Part shown: piece after piece, positions 10,521-22,354 of the stretch | Layout of the letters: the number at the start of each line of letters is the position of its first letter | Numbering within the stretch: position 1 is the first letter of the stretch | Assembly: GCF_009834535.1 (NCBI RefSeq) | Contig: NC_045714.1 | Span: 13,578,001 to 13,642,000, forward strand | DNA length: 64,000 bases | From: Camelus ferus | Lineage: Eukaryota | Direction of reading: 5' to 3' | Program-made: the position numbers and the translations under genes | The notes under the pieces: model-generated | The model's input: only the letters and a program-made list of their open reading frames with translations | Databases searched by the model: none | What the model was told of the DNA's origin: nothing

Positions 10521-12399
10521 ATGTCCTCACCGCTGCCCCACACTGCCTCCTGCAGCCTGTCTTGTCTCTTCCGTTTTTGGAGCAGGTCTGATCAGACCCG
10601 AGCACGGAGCTGGCTGAGCTTTCTCCTGGGGCTGAGGCTGCTGGCAGCACCTGGACTGAGGATGAGAAAAATTAACACGGTAGGCCAGGTCCCTGCTAAG
10701 AAACAGGAATTTCGTCCTTTTCCAGCAGGCGGTTTCACTTCATGGAATGAACTGGCACGCCGGGCTCCATTCTGATGATTTTGGCAAAGGAGTTGGTTCC
10801 TCAGAACTGAAGTCAGCACCCTGTTTCACTGTGGGTTGTGGTTGGTGGGGACGAGCTTCTGAAGATCTCCCGGAGAGAGAAGTGTATTCGCTTTACTGTT
10901 TTCATGTAACTGTAGGGTGACAGGGAAGCCTGCCCCCCCCAACCCTGCTCTCCAGCGCCCCCGTCTCTGGCACGTGAGTCACAGCCCCAAAGTCTCGCCC
11001 AGAACATACCCCGTTGCGAAGGAGGTTGCAGGCTAGCACGCCAGGACTCTTGCCGATTTATAGATTCAATCAACAAACGCGCGCTGGGCCCGTCTGCTCT
11101 GCCAGGGACGGTGTCGGGTCCCCAGGATGTGCAGAGGGGGAGGCTGATCTCAGAGGACGGATTCTGCACAACAGGCTGCCGAACGTGTCCCAGGTGTGAG
11201 CCCGGGGATGTGCAGGGTCGACATCCCTGTGGCCTCAGTGAAGCTGCTTTGTGACGAGGGCCAAGGATACTCCTGCCTCTTGCACAGAGCAGGGAAGCTG
11301 TTGAATGAGTTGGCGCTGCCTGCACACCACTACCGATCGGGCCGGGCAGCTGTCCGTGCCCCGGGGCCCAGGGGGGGCCCTGTTCTTCCCTCCACCTGCC
11401 AAGTGCAGGTTTAAGCCGTCATCCCCCCGCCTGCTGGCCGAGTTCCCTGGGAGCAGTTGCTGAATTGCTTTCCTCTCCGTCCTGGGCCCTACGTTCCTCT
11501 GGGTTCTCCCTTGATCAGAGGGAATCAGCATGGAGCTCACACACGCTTCCTCCGTCTACGCCTTGACCGACAAACCTACGGAGCCATCAGCCCACTCACT
11601 TAAATAATTCTCTGCGGGTCTGAGTGCCAGAAAGCCGGGGTGTGCCTTCTTCCAAAGGAAGGGCCAAGTGTTGGCCTCCGTGGTGAGCAGTGCTCTTCAT
11701 CTCTAAGATCTTGTGAGCCAGAGGAGTCCATAAACCACAGAAAAGAAACTCAGCTGAAGGCAGCATGTCTGACTCGCTGCGTTCTTTCGTTCTCCCTTCT
11801 ACCACATATCCTGCTGTAAACTTAACGCACCTGGGACACCGTGGAGCAACAAACAGGCATGTCTGCACAGCAGCCCTGGGGTCCGGGTGTGGGAGCCCTG
11901 GGGTGTGATGAGTCCCTGCCTGCCGCCGGGATGAGGACCAAGGGGGTGGGTGGGGGCCAGGAGCATCTCGGGACTCACAGTCACTTGATGTCATTGTCCA
12001 GTCCCAGGGATGAGTCCTGACGCCCCGCCGGGACCCAACTCTGCCCCACCAGGTACCACGGTTGAGAAGGTGCGTCAGGTTCCAGCTGCGAGGTGAACGT
12101 ACAACTCTAATGACCACGATCTAACAGAGACAAAGATGACCACGTGCCCCATTATGACTTCAGCTGTTGTTAGAAATAAGCTGCTCACATTATGCTGCCT
12201 CAGCTGATAATCTGCTTTCTGAGATCCGCGTTTTATTCCCCGGGACACCGTAGGTGCTTCAAGGGAGTGACTGCATCTTACTCTTGTTCACATGCAGAGG
12301 AGAGACCACAAATCATTCCATGAGGAAAGAAATAGGTAGATGTGGAGATGCTGTGCAAGAAAAGAGATGCTCGGGAAATGTGTGACGGGGGCTCGTTTC

Positions 12400-12570
12400 C
12401 TGGGGAGGGAGGTCGGGAACCCCTCTCTAAGGAGGGGCCTCCTTCAGGAAGGCCCCTGAGAAGGGGCGTGGGGCGTGTGTTACTCAGAGCACAGGAGACA
12501 GACCTCGAGCGAGCACAGTACGTACCAGGGCCCCGAGGCGGGGAGTAGGCATGTTTGGAGGGAGGTTTGA
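12400..12570 (-). mobile_element. Possible L2 fragment
   Basis: GGAAGGCCCCTGAGAAGGGG...CAGGGCCCCGAGGCGGGAGTAGGCATGTTTGGAG loosely follows the L2 reverse-strand pattern. Confidence 0.4.
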
Positions 12571-15500
12571 AGCCTGAAGGGGGGGGAGGGCGACAGGGGC
12601 CACACCCCCTGGGGCCCTGTGCGCCCCCAGAGGGATCGTGTCTCTTACCTCAGGTTGTGGCCTTTTGAGCCCAAGGAGCCACCGAGTCAGACTGCGGTGC
12701 CCGCTTAGGTGGTGGGCATAGACACCATTGGACGGAGACTAGCGGGTGGGCTTAAGGCGCATTTGGAGATAGAATTGCCACATCCTGGCCCGGTTCCTGG
12801 GGAGAAACCCCGGGGACTCGGAGTCTGGCTGTTCGTGCCCAGGTGGCATTTGCTGGTACAGTGGTCCCGGGGGTGGGGGGGACAGGTCAGGGCCAGCGGG
12901 GGCGTTGGGACAGGAAAGATGGCGAGTGTTTCTGGGGTCCTGTGAACATGCGGGCACCTGCAGGTCCCCAGGAGGGCACATGAGGGAGATGCTGGAGCTG
13001 GGAGACGGGCGGGCTGGAGCAAGGGGCCGGACCTGGCCTCAGATGCAGAGGGAGCTGCTAAGACGCCTGTTTGCTGGGCTTCCTCGCGTCCCCGGGGAGG
13101 AGGTGTTTCGGTCGCTTGTGGCCTGGAGGACAGGGAAACTTGAGGGTGAGAGGATGCCCAGGAAGGTGAGGGGCAGGCAGGGACATCGGGGACGGACTCG
13201 CCTGCTGCTTTTCGACAGCTGACTGTTCATGAATCATTCTGAGCCGGACGTAAATGTCTATGTTTAATTACTTGGCCTCAATCGTGGGGCCTTGTTCCTT
13301 CCACCAGTACCACAAGCTTCAGCCCCTGAAGAAACAGGAGCAAGGTCTTAGGGAGACAGCCCCAGAGAGCGTGTGTCTCGACTTGCCCCCCAAACAGCTG
13401 CTTTTGTGACGCTGCTCTCCCCCGTTCCTCCCGTAACGAGCCTCGGGGGGAAATGAGATGCCAGCTAATGAGGCCGCCTTCCGGCAGGTTAACAGGCCCA
13501 GGACCCTTGATTTTCCAGCCAGAAATCTAACTTGAAACGCTTGTCCTCAGACTGCGTCTATCAAAGCCCGACATCTGGGTCCCCCAGCTGCCAGGTCCAG
13601 CCGGTGAGGACTTGTCAACATGCCATTCTGCTTTGTAGCTGAACTGGGACTCACAGTGGCTACGCCCTGAGCACAGAAGCAGTCTGCATGTGGTTCCAGC
13701 CCCGTGTGGGCTTGGAAATGGTGAGCAGAGGAGGCTTACCCAGAAGGAGGCTCCAGATCCTCGTGCGGAGGCCTGGGGTCCCCTGCCCTTCTCCTGCCAG
13801 CCTCCCCGCCGGGCGCCACGTCTCATCGCGCTCGTTCAGAAGAGCGCACCCCTGCCGGCGGGTCTCCGAGTGCTTGACAGGCGTCACTCCCCGGAGCTCC
13901 CTGCCTCTCCTGGGGGTGCAGACAGCCCCCGGGGGACCCAGCACAGCAGAGGGATGACTCGCTTGATAAATGAAGTTGTGACAGAGTAGCATTAACCTTG
14001 ACACTAAGCTTGACTTGCTCGTCCGCGTTCCCCGGGACTGAGCACCAGCGGCCCATAATCGCTGCCGGAGCTGAGCCGAGTTCTTGCCCGGGGCCGAGTG
14101 GACGGGTCACTTGGTTCTGATAGCTGGTGCGTTCTGTGCTTCGTGGTCAGACGCTAAGTCCTTGCTCATGCGGGGTGGTTGACTAACTTGCTTCTGGAAC
14201 CCAATCCAGCTGGTCTCGGAGTCAGAGCCCAATCCCAGCTAAATGGCCAATGGCCTCCAAACGGGTCCACTCATCAGCTTTATTTGGGGAAAATTCTGCA
14301 AAATACAGCTCCCTTGGACCCCTCACAGGGAGACTCTAAGTCAGCAGGTGGAGGGCCCAGGAATCCGGGCAGATGGACCCAGTCTGAGAACTGCTGTTTT
14401 AGCTCACATATTCCTGGTAGACAAGAGTCATGTGATTTGTCGTGAAAAAGAAAATCAGGCCTACACTTGCCCCTCGGTTCAGCTTTTCGACCCCCAGGTG
14501 TTGTCTCAGGGAAGTGACGGACTTGTACCAGAGTGTGCACAGGAGACCCCAGGCCAGAAAAGCCCAGGTAACCGACTGCGAACAGGCACACCCACCCCGT
14601 GGAATTGTGTTTGGCGGCTGGGAGGGGCCAGCCGCCCACACAGGCAGCCACGCGGTGAGTCCCGGGGCGGGCAAGGTGAAAAGAGGCCCGCGCGTGCTCC
14701 GCGCACAGTTCCATTGACGCGCCGTTGTAGGGCGGGCCAAGCCCTCTGAGTGCCTCTCTCTGGCAGTGGTGGGAGTGGGAGCAGGCAGTGAGGGGACTCT
14801 GGGGACAGTGGCCATGTTCACTGTCTTGACAGGGGGGCTGCCTTACACAGGTGTCTGCCTTGGCCACACTTAGGATTTTTGCATTTCACACCGCACACAT
14901 TTTACATCCAAAAGGGAAAAAATGAAACGTTGAGCTCTTGTTACTAACATGCAGGGGGAGACGTTCAGGGACGGATTATTCTGAGGGCTGCCGCTCACCT
15001 CTGATGTTCCCCCAGTAAGGTGGATTGACGGGGGGCTAGGGGGACGGACAGATGTCTGACAGAGCAAGTGGGGGCTGTGATTCGGGTGACATCTGTCTTC
15101 TGCCGCAGGAGTGAAGGGGCTGTCCCCTCGTGGAGCCGCCCTGAGACGCAGGACGGGCACGTCCGATCACCTGCTTGTTGGGGGTCTGGGGATGCTCCTG
15201 TGCCACGAGGTGCTGGTCTGTAGATTCCAGCACAGCTGGGATGTGGGAGCCCGGTGGGGGTCGGAGTGCACCCGTCTCCACTGTGAGCCTGGATTGGAGC
15301 GCGGGCTGCCGCCTCCCCCTCGGGGTCTAGACTTGGACACAGATGGGAACGGGAGGATGCTGGGGGCGCTCTGGTGGTCTTTTTCTGGATCCACATGGCA
15401 GGTACCACTGAGAGAGGAGGCAGGTCAGGAGGGACCTAAGACTACTAGGTCTAGTTGGTCCAGGACAGTGAACTGGCCCCAGGCAACACAGCCCAGCGAA

Positions 15501-17280
15501 GGGCCCTCTTTTCCTCCTGTCCCAGGTGTTTCCTCTTTTTAAGACCAAGTGCTGTTGGCCTGTTGACAGGGGCTGCCATTTTGGAATTGTAGCGGTTTTA
15601 AAGAAGAGTAAGTGGAGTTTCCCTTTAATAGGTCCCTCTGAAGTGGGCGTTGCCTGCTGGCAGATTCCCCTGTGCTGATCCGGTAAGCGTTCCTCTTCCT
15701 GTCACGTCGTTGCCGGGCACACCTGCAGCCAGGTGGAATGGGCTCCAATCTCAGCTGGGCCTGGGCTCCGGGGACCCTTCCGTGCCCGGCTCTCACCAGG
15801 AGGACCAGACTCAGAGCTGTCATTCTTTGCTCCCCGTGTCCTCTCCGGGTGCGAGGTGCATCTGATGCAGGCTCACTCACCAGTGACGCGTCAGGGTGCT
15901 GTGCGAGGGGCCGGCAGGGGACAGCACGTTCCAGGAGACAAGCCTTTAGGAGGAAGAACCCGGGTCCGGCAGGGCTGACGCTGTCTGGTCTAGAAGGAGC
16001 AACGTGGGCCGGCTGTCATCATCACCCAGCGCTAAGCGCACTGAAAGTTCCTGGATCTTTCTTTTCAACACCTTTTTTTGGTGTCGTTACTAGACCTGTT
16101 TATGTGACTCTGCAGGCTTTGCGTCTGCAGAGGCCCCTCCTGTGCTCTGGCTGAGGGGGCCCCTTCATGCCCCCAGCACGTGGCTACACCGCCGCCATGC
16201 GACAGACCCACTGCAGGGCTCTTAAAACACTCCCTGAATCGCAAAAGAAAGATAAAGTGACTTTCAGGATCACCCAAGTGCTATCAGGATGGTTGATTGT
16301 ACTTTAATTGCTCGACAATGGACAATCCGTGGAAGATTTGTGTGGCCACACTCAGGAGGCATTTGACTAACTGGAAACCCGTCCCTGCACGGGTGGCTGT
16401 TCACCAGACTCCTGCTGCCTCAGATCCTTGGAAGTGAGGTGCCTTATGGAAGAATCACATGTCATTTTATTGCTGACTCCGTCACAGCGCAGCATATGGC
16501 GCACGGCGTAACCAACTGCGTGTTGCCGCAAAGCATCCTCACCCGGGGTTTTCCGAGCCCGAGTGTGTGCATCTGCAGGACGAGCCCAGAGGGAGCCCGT
16601 GGGTTTCCGGGAGTTTCCTGTGTGGCGAGTGGGGCCGCGGCTGCTCAGACCAGCCTGCCCGGCCCCCCGGGTCACTGTGAAGACAGCAGTTGAGCCCTGG
16701 TGCTCATCACTGGCTCTCCAAGGTGGACGTCCAGCACTCCCACCCCAAGCCCCTCGCAGGACAGTTCTGAGCCGCACGTGTGCGACTCCTGGTGCCGGTA
16801 GAAGGAGGGACAACACGGAGCGATACATGTGGCCGTGTCTCGTGTGGGGTTTCTGTAGTGGGCAGAATATTAAAGATGCACCAGAACTGTGCCTCGGGCT
16901 TGAAGACTAGAAAACTCTCCTGCGGGGAGTTTTCACACAAGTCTGCCATCTTTGCTCTGTTAGTTTGACCCTATGTGCGTGTATCTCCTCTGTTTTGTTG
17001 GTGGTGTTGGTGGAATTGGTGTAGGGGAGCTTCCTTGTGAGTTTTTGGGTTCCCAGTGGGAGATGCTTTCAGACAAGTGGCCGCCCACTATCTGCCAGTG
17101 GCATCGAGACTGGGGACTGCGTGGTGAAGGTCAGATGAGGCGCTGTCCTTGAGCGGCTCCCCCAGTCTGGGGAGGGCAGGCGGGTCGTGCACATGTCAAC
17201 ACACAACGTCAATATACGGAGACAAGAAGTCCCGTAAAGACATGAACTGTTGGTAGATGGACGGGGCGGGGGCCTACTTT

Positions 17281-18122
17281 ACTTTTTAATTATTTTATTT
17301 TTATTGAAGCATAGTTGATTTACAATGTTGTGTTGGTTTCAGGTGCGCAGCGCAGCGCCCCGGTTATGTGTATATATACTCTTCTCCAGGTTCTTGTCCA
17401 TTACAGGCTATTCATTGCAAGCTGTTGAATGCAGTTCCCTGTGCTGTGCAGTAGGCCCTTGCTGTTCATCTGTCTTATATATATTAGTGTGTGTATGTTA
17501 ATCCCAAACTCCTAATTTATCCCTCCCCCGACCCCTTTCCCCTCTGGTAACCATAGTTTGCTGCCTGTGTCTGTGAGTCTATTTCCAGTTTGTAAATAAG
17601 TTTCTTTGTATCATTTTTTAGATTCCACATATAAGTGATACTGTATGATATTTGTCTTTCTCTGACTTGCTTCACTTAATATGATCATTTCTAAGTGCAT
17701 CCATGTTGCNNNNNNNNNNNNNNNNNNNNNNNNNNNNNNNNNNNNNNNNNNNNNNNNNNNNNNNNNNNNNNNNNNNNNNNNNNNNNNNNNNNNNNNNNNN
17801 NNNNNNNNNNNNNNNNNNNNNNNNNNNNNNNNNNNNNNNNNNNNNNNNNNNNNNNNNNNNNNNNCCAGCCATCTGTCTGTGGACACGCAGGTGGCTGCCA
17901 TGTCTTGGCTGTTGCACATAGTGCTGCTGTGAACACTGAGGTGCATGTGTCTTTCTGAGTTAGAGTTTCCCCCAGATGTATGCCCAGAAGTGGGATGCAG
18001 GATCATATGGTAACTCTATTTTTAGTTTTTAAGGGACCCCCATGCTGTTTTCCGTAGTGGCGGCACGAGACTACATTCCCACCAACAGTGCAGGAGGGCT
18101 CCCTTCTCTTCGCACCCAGGGA
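17281..18122 (-). mobile_element. 5'-truncated L1 3' end containing an N gap
   Basis: TTTATTGAAGCATAGTTGATTTACAATGTTGTG, TAGATTCCACATATAAGTGATA, CATTCCCACCAACAGTG. Possible TSD GGGGCCTACTTT (17269-17280) / GGGGCTGCTTT (18123-18133) followed by AA. Confidence 0.95.
17710..17865. other. Assembly gap or masked run (156 N)
   Basis: Read directly; lies inside an L1. Confidence 0.99.
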
Positions 18123-21100
18123 GGGGCTGCTTTAAGCTGAGTGGCAGGGAACGCCCCTTTGAGGGTCCACAGTTACAGAGATGGGGTGAAGCAGCTGAAG
18201 GCTCTGTGGGAGCAGACCCCCCGAGTGCCGTGCTAGGGAGACCTGAGAATCGTGGCCGGCGTGGGTGGGGCAGGAAAGCAGCCGGGGCTCTGACGGGCAG
18301 GGACGGAGCACCATTTCCGGCACTGAGCACTGGCGGTGGTCAGCCCGGGTTGGTTGCCCAAGGCCTGGATCTCAGCCCAGACGGGGGAGAAGAATGGAGC
18401 AGACAAAGCTGGAGCCCCCCAGGATTAAATGAAGCAAGTAAATTTATTCTGAGTCTCAGGCAAAACACTCAAACCCATTTAGATTCAGCTCAGGAACTTC
18501 CCTGGAAATTCACCAGAATGGATTTTTCTCTCTCTTGACCTTTTCCTAGGAGAGGCCGAGGGCGAGCCCACCCCATACCAGCAGTGTGCACTCCGTGTGG
18601 ACCCTCCAGACAGGCTGCACCCACTTGTTCATAGATTTGATCTCCCCTCTCCTGGGTGATGCTCAGGAGTAACCTTTAGCTTCTCTGAATTTTTCCCTCT
18701 TACGGAGCAATCTTCCCCAACATGGGTCACTGCCTCTGTCGGCCCATAAAAATGTTTCTGGGAAATTAGCTGGAAATTGAGAGCAGACGAGCTGCCACAG
18801 GAGGCGCCTCTGTGGCCGGAACCCTGTGCACTGTGGCTTCTCTGTGACGGCAGAGGCGGCGGCCAATGCGGGGCCACAGCATGGAGCCCCTGTGCCTGCC
18901 TGCAAGTGGTGGTCCCGCAGGGCGTCCACCACGAGGAGACGGCTTCCTGCTCCACCCTCGGAGCTGGGTGACGGAGACTTGCAGTCCGGTCCGGTCGGGC
19001 TGGGTCTTTCCTTCCCTCCCCCGTCCCCTCCTCCACTCTCCGCCCCTCCCCCAGTGAGCCTGTCTCCTCCCAGCCTTCTTGGGGGATGACCTGCGGCTGA
19101 GAGTCATGGCAGCCTGCCACGGCCACCCCGTGAGGTTGGTCCCCCTTCCAAAGCCTGCACTCCAATAAGTGGGGCCCCACCCAGCCCAGGGCAGCCCAGT
19201 CAAATGGACTGCGGAGGCGGGAGGCAGCCCCTCAGGTCCTGCTACATGGTCCTCTGTGGCCCTCGGGGTCTCCCTGCGAAGCAAGGCCCAAAAAGCTACT
19301 GACGTGAGACTCCAGGTTTGTGTTGCTGAGATGGTTCACCAGCTAAGTTGCTGGACAAGACGCGGGCTGGAAGGGAAGTGGCCGTTGGATTGCAGCTCAT
19401 TCGTGTAACTGAATCCAGGAGCCCACTGGCGCACGGGTGCACTGGGACGGCCCCTGCTCTGCGCAGGAGACCCCGCCAGTCCTGGGGACGACAGAACCAG
19501 TGCCTCTGTTCATCCTGAAGGTTGAGAGAAGCTCTGCGTAAAAGCTGCCTTCATCTTCCTTATTTTTTCTAAACTTGGTAACGAAATCTCCATCTCCGCC
19601 CTCACGTGCTGTGTGCGAATCACCAAAACCTATAAACCTTGAAGAGGCTTAGCGAATCCCACGCTGCCACGAAGGAAACCCGCAAATGAGTCTTTATATT
19701 TGGGGTTTTGTCATTTAGCAGGTGCATTGCTGTCCCTCGCTCCTTCAGCGCTTCACAGACAGCTCACCGTGAAGCACAGGGGGGCACGGTTGGAAGCCCC
19801 TTTCCCTTCCTGCCTTTCAAAGACAGCTGTTTCCTTGCAGGTAGTGATTTTGTTTTAAGGAGGGAGATGTTTGGTACCGGGCTTTTTAATAAATCTATGT
19901 GTGAGAGAATACTTCTTCTAAAACATTCTGTGTCTGCGAAAATCTCTATGTGGGAGAAGTTGAATTACCCACTAATAGATTTTATTACACAGCAGTTAAG
20001 AATTTTCCTAAGAGACATCAAGTCAAAGGCATCAGTCTGGGGTCACGGATCACTGGAGAGAAGGGAACCCGTCGACAGCTGGCGTTGCTCCTGCTCCGTG
20101 AATTCTGTGTTCGTCCCCCGGCTGCCACCTTCTTCAGAAGATGGACACGTCAGGCTGTGGACGAAACGCGTGCGTTGAACAGGATTAACCACCAGTAAAG
20201 GAGCCGGCATTTGCTCACGGAACCCACGTTCTCTGGACATGTTAGTGTCCTCGCCCCGCTCTCCCCGTGGGGGACTGCTTTTAAGTGAGGCTCAGGGGCA
20301 GTGATGGGCCCCTGTGGGCAGGGGCTCTGGATTCACTGAGGCCCTGAGCCAGACGCCTCGGATTAATCCTGGCCCCCCCGGGACTCTGAGCCTCGTGTGC
20401 TCATCCCAGATGGGGGGTGACAGTGCTGTCTGCTCCGAGGGTGGGCGGGGGTCCTCAGGGCACCCGTAAGAGGATGCAGGAGGGCGCCAGGCTCGTCTCA
20501 AGTGTCACCGCGTCGTCGCCTGGGCCGTTACAACTATCATTACTGGTTTGATGATGGCTTTTGCTGCCATGACAGTGGCTGTCAATGGGAGGAGGGTCAC
20601 CTTCCTCTCGGGCACCACCAGGGCACCCTCGTCACTATGGGGGGTCTCCCGGCTGAGGGCCCTCCTTCGGCTTTGGCGTGGGGGAGGGGTGTCGGTGGTC
20701 CATTCACATCACTGCCGTGTAGCACTGTGGGCTGCGCCCAGCAATGGGAATTAAAGCTGTAACAGGACATGCAGTCGCGATAAGACAGGAGGGGAGCAGA
20801 GGAGGGCCTTCGAGACATTTACAGGTTGTAGGGGCGTTCCTCGCGCTCGTTTTGGAGCCGCCTTGTGAACGAGCGCGCTGTTTGGAAGCAGAGCCTGGGC
20901 ACGGAACTTGCTCGTTAAAACTCCTGGGTTTCGGGACAGGGAGGCCCCCCGCTCTGCTCAGCATCTGTCCTGGGCTTCAGGCCCATCTCAGGCCACGACA
21001 GAGCGGCCTTCAAAGGGCTTCCGTGTCCCCATTACTCGTGAAGGGGGAGAGACCCGGGAGGAGGGAAGTGACTGCGTTCCGTTGTTTGTGTTCTTTCCCG

Positions 21101-22119
21101 GGAGATGTGGCAAGGAGAGGCCTGCGCGAGTGTCATGAAAGGACACTACAGTGCCGAGGAGGACCGCCTGGCGCGGTCTCTGTGGCTTTGGGTGGAGGCA
21201 TTTTCTATAAATGTTAATATTTCATCCTTGTAAGTCGTGTGCTCCGAGCGTTGTTGGTCCAACAGGCACCTGTCCTACAGCGCCGTGGCCCCGAGTCCCA
21301 AACCAACCTGAGTGCGGAACAGCCCGGGGACAAGGCCCCGACAGGGGCAAGTGCTGGCATCCCCGTGAACTCTCGGTTTGGAGACGGGAAAGGCAGACTC
21401 GCTGTTTGCAAGGCCCTGGAACGTTGAGCTCTCTTGCGGCTCAGCACTGAGCTTGCTGCTCCCACACGCACGGCAGCTGGACCCCGGAGTGTCCCTGCTG
21501 CAGTGGGAGAGCGAGCCTCCTCCATGGACGATCCGTGATCCCCAAGGTCTTTCCTGCACAGCGCCTGAGCGGTGGCCTTTCTAGAGCCCTGCGGGGCCGT
21601 TTCTGCTTGTGCTCTGAGCCGCAGCAGAACCGGAGCCGGGAGGGGGCCCGGCACCTTCACTCAAACCGCTTCTCCGTATCCGTGTTTAAGGCCTCACAGA
21701 TCAGTGTTCTCCGTGGCCCCTGGAAGCCTGCAGCTTAAGGTGATACAGACAATACGTCGTTACACCCAGCCTCTGTGCAGGAGAGCAGTGGCAAACCGGG
21801 GGGAAAAGGGGCCCGGGGAGCTGGGGACGCTCGGAATACGGCTTCCTTGGGAAAGGCCGCAGGTTGCTGGCATGTACCTGGCTACCTGCGCGGACACTGA
21901 GAGCTCAGTTAGGAATGGCTTACTAGGTGAGTGATGCCCTGGGAAAGGGGCCTGGTTGGGAGGTCAGGAGACCCGCCGCCCCCGGGGCCTGCTGCAGCTC
22001 AACGCCTGTGAGCCGCGACCCCCGGCCCGCAGACGCCCGCCCTCGCCGCCCGCCCTCTGTCGTGAGACCCTAAGAGCAGTCAGAGGAGTGCGTTCTGGGA
22101 AGTGTGGCGCGGTGCAGGC

Positions 22120-22237
22120 GCACGTGTGTGTGTGTGTGTGTGTGCGGCTGAGATGCGGTGCTGTGCACCAGAAGCTTCCACATTGTAACTGCTGATGCTG
22201 ATACTTCAACTAAAATAATAATAATAACAACAACACA
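22120..22237 (+). mobile_element. Short L1 3' tail with (GT)10 and (AAT)/(AAC) tail
   Basis: GTGTGCGGCTGAGATGCGGTGCTGTGCACCAGAAG aligns with the in-window L1 end GTGTATGACTGGGACATGGTGCTGTACACCAGAAA (~28822-28857), followed by ACATTGTAACTG...ATACTTCAACTAAAATAAT. Confidence 0.7.
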
Positions 22238-22318
22238 GGGCGCTGGATTGGGCATCGTGACCAGTAGTCCACCTGTGCTTGTCGTTGGGGAACCAAACAG
22301 GGAGGGTGCTAGACTCAG

Positions 22319-22354
22319 CTAACGAGCTCCCCTTTCTCCCCCTCCTAGGTAAGT
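22319..22354 (+). other. Juxtaposed 3'/5' splice site (candidate recursive splice site)
   Basis: CTAAC (22319-22323), 20 consecutive pyrimidines (22327-22346), AG (22347-22348), GTAAGT (22349-22354). Confidence 0.55.

Noticed and set aside
12640-12656. Isolated strong splice donors on the minus strand (e.g. 12648, 15875, 25886, 38100, 61563)
   Set aside because: They occur at background frequency on both strands with no paired acceptor or coding frame.
12729-12742. Partial matches to miRNA seeds (miR-184-like TGGACGGAGA; let-7-like TGAGGTAG at about 27952)
   Set aside because: Only 8-10 nt match; no full mature sequence or hairpin.
16910-16934. Hairpin GAAAACTCTCC-TGC-GGGGAGTTTTC (11-bp stem, one wobble)
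   Set aside because: Too short for a pre-miRNA and within chance expectation; not a terminator in a mammalian context.
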